From Schmidtea nova (taxonomy: Eukaryota), in the NCBI GenBank assembly GCA_044892505.1, contig CM097883.1:448570001-448634000 (forward strand): a stretch of DNA of 64,000 bases, given 5' to 3'. Positions 49,071 to 64,000 of the stretch are shown in pieces; the first letter of the stretch is position 1; each line of letters begins with the position of its first letter. The translations under genes and the position numbers were made by a program. Under the pieces are notes generated by a model. It was not told the DNA's origin. It saw nothing but the letters and a program-made list of their open reading frames with translations, and searched no databases.

Positions 49071-52000
49071 GCCCGTTTTTGTCCCTTTTAAGATTTCAAT
49101 CTACATTTCAAAATAAGTAATCTACATCAATATAAATTTATTATTACATAAAAAAACCATTTTCCAACATCAAAACATCAACAATTCACGCAAGGATCCA
49201 TTTAAATTACACATAACCTAATAATAAACAGAATAAAATCAATAAAATCATTCGTTCAAAAAGTACTAAAGTCCTTCGGGTTTTTCAAGGCGCTTTTCTT
49301 ACTCTACTGTCACCAAATCCTTGACTTTTCCAATCAAAATATAAAGCGTAATCAAATCAATTATTTCAATCAATCGCTATACAATATATTATCCAAAGAT
49401 GCAAACATTTTCGCACCTTTATTTAATTCTCAAGCTCATTCTCAAACATATTATCACAACTTAATTCAGGATCAAATATTCCTTCAAAATTACCCATGAT
49501 TGGGGTATACGATTTCTGTTATTTTGGCCTAAAACTGCGATTATTTTCGTAGGTCTTCAAACTTTTGTGTTGTTAATATTTAAAATTTAAGTAATCTTTA
49601 TTTATATCCTAACCCTATTGTCTATCTTGCTTATTTAAAAATCTTTATCATTTTATTAAAATTTAATATTTTAACTTTCAAAAATTTGCCGAGGCCCTAG
49701 CAACAGGTAACGATACAATTTCTTTTCCCAAATTTCAATTAAATACACTATAAATTTATTTGAATTTTTATGCCTTTCATTTAAATTTCTGAATTTTAGA
49801 TCAAATTTTAGATTAGGGAAATCAAATCTCAAGGGTTCCGGTGTCACTCTTATCGTTAAAAAAGCTGGCAAAAGAAAACTATATGGACGACTTTCAAAAA
49901 ATTCTAGTATCCTATTGGCTCAATTTTATTATAGTAAGTATTATAATATAAAGAAATTTATTGATTTTGTTTTATTTTTAGCAACAGAGGTTTCCGTTTC
50001 AAACTGAAAATAGAGGTAAAATTTCATTTTCCTTTTGTAAATTTAAATTACATGATTATTCCTTATAGCCTCAAGAATTATCGGAGAAATCTATGGAACT
50101 GGCCTCTCAAGTCAGATGTTCAACAGAATAGAAATCATCAATATTGTCAATCAGTTCACAAAATCCAATCTCTCTCAGCATTTTTTATTGCGTTTCCATC
50201 TCAAAAAAGAACAAATGGCTGCAGTAAATTCTGACAAATCCTTTATGCCAACGACAATTGAAAGAATGTCGTTATCATCAGAAAAACCAAATCTATCCTT
50301 CCGTGCAAGACTCTTATATGGATTTTGAAATATATGGCCTAAACTATGGATATTAATCTTATTGTATTTTGTTTTTGGAAATTTTATACAAAAAATATTT
50401 TTCCATATGAATTTTTCTTACTTAAATGATAATAGGGATTTTTGTAAAAATATTTGAACGAAGACCAAACACAGCAGTTTTGTCGTCCGTTTCCCTCATG
50501 TAATGATAAACCCCATCGAAATCCTACTTTCCATGTTCAGCATAGTTGGGATAGACGCTATAAATTACAGGTTTTCTTTGTGACGATTATTCTTACACTT
50601 TTGCAAATTATCCAGAGAATAGTTATTAGTCGATATAAATAAATCAAAATCGACAATCAGTACATTTCGGAATTAAGAGTATTTACGAAAGGAACTTTTC
50701 ATGGACAGTGTTCACCATAAGGTTAGTTATGAGTATGAGATGTTAACAAATGGGTTTTACTGGAGTTTTTTAAGCAGTAATAATTCTTTCTATAGGCTGG
50801 TTAGGCTGATGTTTAGAATGTTATTGGTAAATGATTGGCTTGCTTGGGTTTTTAATTAAATAATTTTTTTGAATACATTTCCTAGATGCACCGTGCTGCA
50901 TGGATGATGTGAGTAAATGGAGGGATGGAGTATGAAGATTGTGTTGTTAAGTGAGACAAACGAAGTTATGTGAAATTATTGTGGAATGAATTTGTTGTGT
51001 ATGGCGTTTTCTATGGATTTTGATTGTTGGATGAGCTGATTCTGCATGTATTTATGGGTGTATTATGCTGTTGGTGAGTGTAGTAATGAGTGAGATGGAG
51101 TGATTGCAAGTTTGTGTGTATGTATACCGTTATAGATTTGTTATGGAGTTTCTATTGTTGGGATTTTATGTGATTGTATGTTGGATGTAATATGATTGGG
51201 TGAGTGTGTGTGTGAATTCTCTGGATGTATGATGCCGATGGATGCTATTGAATGAAATGATGTAGTATGTGTGTTGGTAAATGAATAGATTGTCTGGTGT
51301 AGTGTTAAGTATTTATAGTGCTAATGAATTATATGGATGCAATAAATTGTAAAGAGGGTTTTATTGATAGTTTTGCGTTTTTATGTGTGGAATTTATGAA
51401 AAGGGGGGTTGTATATAAAATAATTTTCCTAATTTTCGGAAATAATAAATTAAATTTTATCATTTACCAAATTTTATAAGTAACTAAATTTGGAATTTTA
51501 TGAAGTTATATATTTATAAATTGATTTTTACGTTTTTTTTTAAATATTAATTTGACTTAATATTTATAAATTTTCCTAAAATAATTAAATTCAGAATTTT
51601 ATGAATTCATACAATTATAAAATTTTTCGATTTATTATTTTCCTAGGTAAATTAGGGACATTTAAATTTTTATATAATTCACAAATTAATTAAAAATGCA
51701 TATATAATAATTAATATACATTATAAATTAAATTTTTCTAAATAAATTTTAAAAACATTAAATAAAAAAAAATATACACAATTATACAAAATTTATATTA
51801 AAATTACTGATTTGTAATTTCTTCACAGGGATTCGAATTTACTTGATTGAACTTTTTACGAGGTTTATAAAATCATAGAAGTATCAGATTTAGGATTTTC
51901 CTTCAATTATCATTCAAAATCAACTCTTTGAATCATAGTGTTTTCGATAACAGATGTGGTGAATTTTAGTTTCGTTCAAACGTGATTTTTTCGAGAAAGG

Positions 52001-52949
52001 TGTGCGCGAATTTTTAGAGACACTTTACCCGAAAACTTCAGATACCGAAATTAAGGTTCAACTTGAGTAGATTATTATAAATAATTTTCGAATTCAATGA
52101 GGCTCAATTTAAATAAATCAATAATTATATACATTCTATCATGATCTAACTAATTCTATCGATCGTTGAGCATTTAATTTAACGTTTTTCATAGCTTCGA
52201 TTTTCATATGGCTTGTAAGTCTGATGAGATGAAAAAGGTGTTTATGAGAGTGAAGGCGAATAACGATATGGATAATTTTGTACTGATAAATTTTATTGCA
52301 GTAAAGACATTGATGGATGAATTAACGTTGGTTTTTGTTGAAGTATCAGATATTCCAATCGAAATGTCAATTAAAATATCTATTGCAGGGTAACAAAGGC
52401 ATGATTTTGCTAGCCTGCACAATAGAAAAAATTCGAGATCCTCACATGCGTGTTTTGAAATTTTCGCAATACCTCCGGATTCTGCAAGTCGGAAACTGAT
52501 TGATTGTTTCAGGAAATTTTCGAGGGGTTCGCCTTTATCGGTTTTACCCAGTTTGTTTTCCCAGTCACTTTCGCAGAAATTTCTCAAAATTTTCGAGCAA
52601 TTTATTTTGCAAATTCTGATTCTCTCCATTTTGATGGCGGTATAATTTCCTTCGTGTTATTTCCATTGATGTATTAAAACAAATTGTTCTGGAAGGAATT
52701 TTAGATTCCTTTCAAAATTAATTTTAACAATTTTATGCAAAACTAAAACAATAGTTTTGCACAAAATTTTAATTAAACTTTAAATAATTTATTTTTAATC
52801 CAAAATTTTATTTTTAAATTAAAGTTTATTCCAATTTAGTTTAATTTTGTTATATTTTGACCAAAATTATTTTTCTTTAATAATTTTGCGAATTTTTAAG
52901 ACAAAATCGAAATTTTCCCTCAGAAAATATGTTAAATTTCCACAACTGA

Positions 52950-55700
52950 GGTTTTATGTCATGTATGCGTTCTCCACGTGCATATTCAATGTATTTTTGT
53001 CCATTCTAGTTTTTAGACGTGCTTCTTTTAACCCCTTTGGTTTTACTTGATGTTTTGGCTCAAGGAATTTTAAATTAGAACCTTGCGCGCTCTCTACTTG
53101 CTGTGTTATTGCTTCAATTAAACAATTGGTGGTTTTTTCCCAACATTGATAAGTATACATTGAATATATTTTGCTATTTACAATTTATCCACTGTTTCTT
53201 TTTACACTTCTTTTACGGTTTCCACATTGTTTGCGGTTTCTATGTATTCTGATGTCGACTCTTGATACTTCCAATCTTCCTTTTCTTCCAATCGAATTAT
53301 TTCTTGTAGTGCTAATATTAGTTGAGTTTGAAATCCGGTTATTATTTCTCTTTGTATAATGATTTCTTGTTGATCACTGAAGGTTAACCTCCTCATATCG
53401 GTTAATTGTATCTCTTTACTTTTATTTTTCTTCCTCAATTTTCCGTGTTCTCTTGAGATTGTTTACTTGTTCTTCCAGCTGGTTAATTGTTTCAATTACC
53501 CCTTCGTTCACATTCTTCAACTGGTTTTGGTTTTCTTGACTTGAGTATTCCTTATTGTTTCACTTTATTGTTCCTGAACTCTCGTTTTCGTACATTGGAA
53601 CGCTAAATGTCCTCCTTTTCCGCATTGGTAAAACAATTGTATATACTGACGAGTCTCCTTGATTTATTCTCTCTTTGAACAGTTTTGAAGAATTCTATTT
53701 TCGTAAAAACTTTCTGCTCTTTGGTTATTATTAGCTTTATATTTGTATCGTTTTGCTTTTTTGATTGTCTTTGGTTTTATTTCGTTAGCAATTTTGTCTT
53801 GCTGAATTTGGTTTTCCTGCTGTTTCTTAAGATCCCAACAATTTCTAGCTCTGTACCCTTTTTCCACACAGTTGTAACGTCTTTGAATTTCACAAACCTT
53901 CTTTCCATGTCATTTTGTTCCACACTTGGTGCATATTTTATTTTTGACACAACTACTTTCTAAATATCCATGTATTTGGCAACATTTACACATTTTGTCC
54001 ATTTTGTATGCATATTCTTTTTTTCGTTTCTTGTTGATCTTTCTTTTCTTTCTTTTCATTTTGGTTTCCTTGTTCTGCGTTTTTGTTTTGTTCTTTTATC
54101 TTCTCCACTTATATCGTATTTTTTATTGTCTGCTTGCTGTCGTTATTTTCTGTGACAAGTTGATTTATCGTTATATTCTCAATGTCTTCGATTATTTGGC
54201 TTTCAATTATTGTTTTCTGTTTTGTTCCGTTTGGTTGCTCGTTTATATATTTCTTAGAATATTGATCATTTGTTTATTCTTTTCTTGTTGTTCCCATAAT
54301 TCTTTTATCTTTTGAGCACTATTACTTCCATTCACCATTTTCAACATATCTGCTTATAGTAATTCTTCCTTTATCTTTCTCCAATGTTCCTCATTAGCAC
54401 AAGTCTGAAATCCTCCTAATTTGCTCAATCTGAGTTCTTCTTCGCGGGCTTCCTTGATTGTTGGCTTTTTTTTCGGATTAAGAACTTGTCACCATGTTGA
54501 TTCTTCATGTATTTCTTGCTAGCTTCTTTACATTCTCTTTTGATTCCGCTGTTTCATCCTTTTTACTAGTGACTGTTAACAGTTCGAGTTCTTCATCAAA
54601 TTGTTCTTTTGGTTCCTGGAATAATCCTTGTAATATATGAGCTTCATCACCTTTTAGTTTGCTACTGCGTTCTTCTCCTATTCTCGCTTCTTCTAATTAC
54701 AGCTCTAGTCATTCTCGACGTTGTTTTTCACGCGGTCTTTCTTCTGTTGATTTGTTTCGACGGATGTAAGTTTGTTGATTTTTGGTTGCTGTTTGCTTTT
54801 ATTTAGTTGCCACATCACTTTTGTTATGGCAGCCAATGCTTATTGTATTTCATCTGCCCGACCTGAAATTGTTCTATTCTTGGGTTTTCGGTGTTTCCTG
54901 GCCGTAACTTTCTATGTGTCCATCTTGACCACATATGTAGTATTTCTTCGGAAACCTACATGCATTTACAATATGCCCTTTACCGTCACAGTTCCAACAT
55001 TCGCGTTGTCTGTAACAATTGTTTCGATCGTGTAATACATTTTTTAAAGAAAATATGTGGTAATTTGCTTAAATACTGATTTAATTATCCAAAATTTGTA
55101 GATCTATGCTCTTTTCTACGACCCTTCTTTGCGATGCCAATAACAATAAGGCTTAAGAACATGAAAAATGCTAAATTTCGATGAATGCTTTTATTTTTCA
55201 TTGTATTGTAATGGTCATTCGCGGAGTATAGTTTATCGAAAGATTTCGGACGAAATAGGATGAAAGAATGATGTTATTTTTTGTCAGATCAATTTTTCAT
55301 TGTGTATGTCGATTTTCTCTACTCGTTGATCTGACTTGTTATTATAGCCAGCTCATGCTTGGCTGAATTTCAGGTATTTCACATTGTTTTATATAATTTT
55401 ATCGATTTATTTTAGATATTTCGGATCTTTGGAATCATGTCTTTTATATGCGGTTTAAATAAATTTATTGTGATATAGTAACGCACTGTTAACGCACGCA
55501 GTTCTATTGATTTGTTGAATACTCAAGATATGATTGTTCAACTATTACTTTTCATCGCTTTCAATGATTTTTCCGTATTCAATTTTTTGTGGTCTTTTAT
55601 ACGAATCTCTTTATTGACATTATGCACTTTGCGATATTTCGTCTTTTGTAACAGATTATGTATAAACTTGTGCAATAATTATTGATGGAGGAACTAATAT
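52950..55700 (-). mobile_element. Decayed retroelement gag/ORF1-like region with CCHC knuckles
   Basis: CWNCDGKGHIVNAC (54958-54999) plus a degenerate YICGQDGHIESY, followed by a long A-rich K/E/Q/N low-complexity frame with many stops. No RT recognised. Confidence 0.5.
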
Positions 55701-56236
55701 TCAAATATATGTTTTCGTATTATTTTATCTAGCACTATTTAATTAGGTTAATTTTTTATTTATTGCCTATAAATTATAAACAATATTGTTACTATTGCTT
55801 TATAATCTGCTATATAGAATTGTATTTTAATTTCTGTTATTTTACTAGAGTCTGCTGAAGGAGGATTTGAAAGAAACAATAATAAAAACAGCAGTAATAA
55901 TATACAGTGCAAATAAAACTTAATTACACAAAAAATTGGTATCACAAAACTTTTTCGAATTAGAAAATATTTTAATGTTTTAAAATTAATAATTAAGTCA
56001 TAATTGCGAAAAGTCCTACGGGCCTCCTAAGTTTGTAGGTTAACTTAAACAAAACACGATTAAATAACGGTTCAAATATTGCAATATTAAATAATGGCAA
56101 TAATTTCCAATGATTGGTCGAATTGCTCATCGAACTGTGTGTGTTGCATGATGACGAAATACAAACCGAGGCAGGAGATGACGATTTCCTACTATAAATG
56201 GATTATTGAAAAATGTTAAATATTACAATATTGAGA

Positions 56237-57231
56237 ATGAAAAATTTAGAAAAGAAGTTACTAATATGTTTATTCTTCGTTGGATTGCAAAATGTCCATT
56301 CAATGTTCATAACAAAAGGTAGTTTTGGATTTTTCTATATTTCTATTTAATTATTCTATAAGGTCCAACTGCAACTGCTGATTATAGAGATGAAAATGTC
56401 AAAGAATATTTTTTGAATAATACAGCAGAAAATGAATTCATTCAACCGGCAAGTATTCAACTACCGGTGGAAATTAATGAACTTGATGGAGGTCCAACTG
56501 CAACTGCTGATTATAGAGATAAAAATGTCAAAGAATATTTTTTGAATAATACAGCAGAAAATGAATTCATTCAACCGGCAAGTATTCAACTATCGGTGGA
56601 AATTAATGAACTTGAGAATATTAACAAATATTCAATCAGGGTTGCGTCGACTCCTGAACAATATGTCATTGGTCAGAGATTTGAAATGAGCTGTCGGGTT
56701 ACTCCGCAATTGAAAAATTCTAAATATTCGTGGTATAAGAACGATCATCTTATCAGTAATAATGACAATCTAACGTTCAATGAAATGACCAAGGAAGACT
56801 TGGGTACCTACAAATGTTTTGTCGAAGGCGTTACTGAAACAGGCTCGTTGATGGAATTGGAAGCCTTTACCGATGTAATAACATCGGAAATAAGATATAT
56901 GAGATACGGTATTATAAAATAAGTTGGTATATAACTTATATTAAATTATTTTCTTGTAGGAAACTCCAAAGGAACCTCCATAGACTATATAATTGAAATT
57001 CATCACGATGACGCCATCATTGGGATGCCATTTTCAATGCAATGTGAAGTTTCACCAAAATTCAAGTCAGCTACCTACTCTTGGTATAAAAATGGAAAAT
57101 ATTTAAGCAATCAACAAATATTTTCATTAAATGTTTTGAAGCCTCAAAATATGGGCGCTTACAGTTGTCTTGTTAGAGGAAGTTCAGAAAATGGTTTAAC
57201 TGATGAAGTTGAAGGCTTTATTTTGGTGTGA
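56237..57231 (+). CDS. Secreted protein with two Ig-like domains and a duplicated 43-aa N-terminal segment (299 aa, 3 exons)
   Basis: Exons 56237-56318, 56363-56908, 56960-57231 (900 nt, phase-1 GT-AG introns). Signal-like MKNLEKKLLICLFFVGLQNVHS. Ig motifs C..V..YSWYKN..DLGTYKC and C.V..YSWYKNG..NMGAYSC. No TM segment. Confidence 0.88.
56362..56615 (+). repeat. 129-nt in-frame tandem duplication
   Basis: Units start at 56362 and 56491; only two substitutions seen. Confidence 0.95.
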
Positions 57232-57338
57232 CAATTGTAAAATATTTTTATAATAAATAAAATTTTCATTAGAATTATTATTAGTTATTAATTTTTTAAT
57301 TTAAATTTGGAGCCATTTTAATAAAGCCAGGCTAATAG

Positions 57339-58023
57339 TGTTGGATTATTGGGCTGTTGGTGAAATATAAGTTTACTAATTTATTCTCCAAGCATGATTT
57401 ATTTGACCGACAAAATAACAATTTTCAGACAATGTAAACCTTTATTGATCATCACTTGGATTCAACAAGTGCAAAATTTATCTGATTTTCTCTTGTTTTC
57501 ACTTGGTAATTTACTTGAATGGGCTTCGACTCAATTAATTCTTGTTTTGCTACGTTTAATCTAATCTTCTCAAATTTTCCATTGATTCTATGTTTTCTAT
57601 TAATACAATTCTGTTTTGTTTCTTTATCAAGTTTCTCTACCACAATTTAATTTCTTCAATCTTTATAAGTTTTCCTACTCTAATTTTTAATTTCTCCAAT
57701 CTAAATTCTAATTGATCTCCTATGGTTTCTTTCTTTTATAGTTTGTCATTCTCTAGTGCATAAGATTATTCTTGCCTCTGCATGATATTCCATTCCCCCC
57801 TTCAATAAGATTTATGAATATTTGTCTTTATGTTTCTCGATTATTTACAAATTTGTTATCCGAGACAAGCTGTCGAGATTTGAACATTTTTCTTGTTTTT
57901 TTACAATTTTAAAATTTCTTTTATCTTTTTTGCACTTGTTAATTAGCAATGACCTTCTTTAACTTTATTGTTTGACTCCATTTTAGTATTAACTTTTCAT
58001 TTCTTACCCCTTATTTCAGAACA
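57339..58023 (-). mobile_element. Solo-LTR-like repeat, inverted copy of 28090-29001
   Basis: See 28090-29001. Confidence 0.7.
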
Positions 58024-59049
58024 TCGCATTAAACCTCACATAATATAAAATAAATAAAAGTGGTGAATGGATCCAATGATATTTCAATTAGTAAGTTCCC
58101 AACTATTTTATTTCAAGTCGATAAAAAATCAGCTCAAATTTCAGCTCAATCTTACAAAACCAGAAACACGTACACATTCTCACAGATACATACATACAGC
58201 GGTGTGCTATAGACCGCTCGGTCAGAATCGCACGAGCTGGTTGTTAAATTACCACATTACCAAGCAATAATTCCAAAATTAACCAAATTAAGAAATAGAC
58301 TGCATTTTGAATTTTTTACACATTTAATTTTATTATTACTAATTTTGTAATATTTTGTGCTCAATAAATATGTTTATTGTTAATATTGTTCTTATTTTGA
58401 TATTTATTCGAAAGATTCGTCAAGAGGAGAACAACACAGTTTCAAACTTATATAACATATTTTAGATATAATTACGTTATCTCATTAATCCGAAGTTAAT
58501 GAATAGATAAGAATTAAAATTGATTTGACATATCAATATTTTTTAAATTAACCCATTTTCCATGATCGAATCGATCTGAAATTTTCAGAGCATGCAGCGT
58601 TCTTGACAAAGAATCTACTTGCCAAATTTCAGCAAAATCCTATCACGGAAGGTAGGTTAATTTGGCCCCACAAAATTGACATAATCCTCTAATTTTGTCT
58701 GCTTAAAGTATTCGAATATTAAAAAAACTTATAATAACATCTGAGGATCTCCTTAACTAGTATTGCATACAAGTCTATCATAGACCTGTTCTATATTAAA
58801 TAATCGGATGTGCAAAATAGTAGTCATGCACGTATAATAGCAACAAACTCAAGACATTCATTATCACAGATTTGTTTACTTGTAAACAAATTCAATCATC
58901 CACAAAAAAAATATAAATGAACTCTCTAAAAGTATTTTTATTTCAACTCTTAAAAAAATTACATGTAAGGCAAAAAACCGAATCCCATTGAAATGTGGCG
59001 ATATAGAATGTGAATATATAAATAAAAAAATCCTGCCTCTTAAATTGCA

Positions 59050-63663
<4,614 letters not shown>

Positions 63664-64000
63664 ATTGTGAAATGGGAATTTTCTTTTTCGTTTGAAATTC
63701 CATTTCGTTTTCAGGTGTATTTATACGAATCCCGTCGATTGCTTTGCATTGATACATTTGATGCACACTCACATAAATGATCCGATCATCGATCGGTAGA
63801 CATGTTTGGTGCCTATTTTCAACATGCAATACATACTTTAGATGTACTTTTTGATTGATGTGTGTTGATAAAATTCACGGTAAATATTAATATTCCCTAT
63901 GTGCATAATTATTACAACAACAAAAATCTCGATTTTGTAGTAATAATTTCTACAGTTCTATTTTCAGTTTAGTTTTATAAATCAAAACATTTAAATCTAA

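Noticed and set aside
53685-55079. Plus-strand hydrophobic F/L-rich ORFs resembling membrane proteins
   Set aside because: Antisense shadows of the A-rich low-complexity retroelement region.

Overview
This is a very AT-rich eukaryotic (metazoan-type) scaffold with short GT-AG introns (about 44-60 nt) and two N-gaps (36324-36516, 36676-36886). The compact introns and the TRAF/PP1 content resemble a reduced invertebrate parasite genome such as an orthonectid, but that is an unverified guess. Host genes that can be reconstructed by hand: eIF3c (7 exons), a smoothelin-like gene (8 exons, absent from the ORF track), an ING-family PHD gene, a KLF10/11-like zinc-finger exon, a divergent intronless PP1 catalytic subunit and a 3-exon secreted two-Ig-domain protein. 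There are also PSMA6 and TRAF pseudogenes. The rest is transposon-rich: a full-length dead hAT with TIRs and TSD, hAT/Tc1-mariner/MULE MITEs, Tigger and piggyBac remnants, a Ty3/gypsy element with a clear -1 frameshift signal, an LTR-like family, and a (TA)n-anchored foldback family. The most novel signal is a dispersed family of about six diverged elements. They share a structured terminus (covarying hairpins plus GTTGGTA..GGTGAGC..GGGTYC..GATAGAAGG) next to a conserved orphan coiled-coil/basic ORF with no RT or transposase, and in one copy a PSMA6 retrocopy occupies the ORF position.
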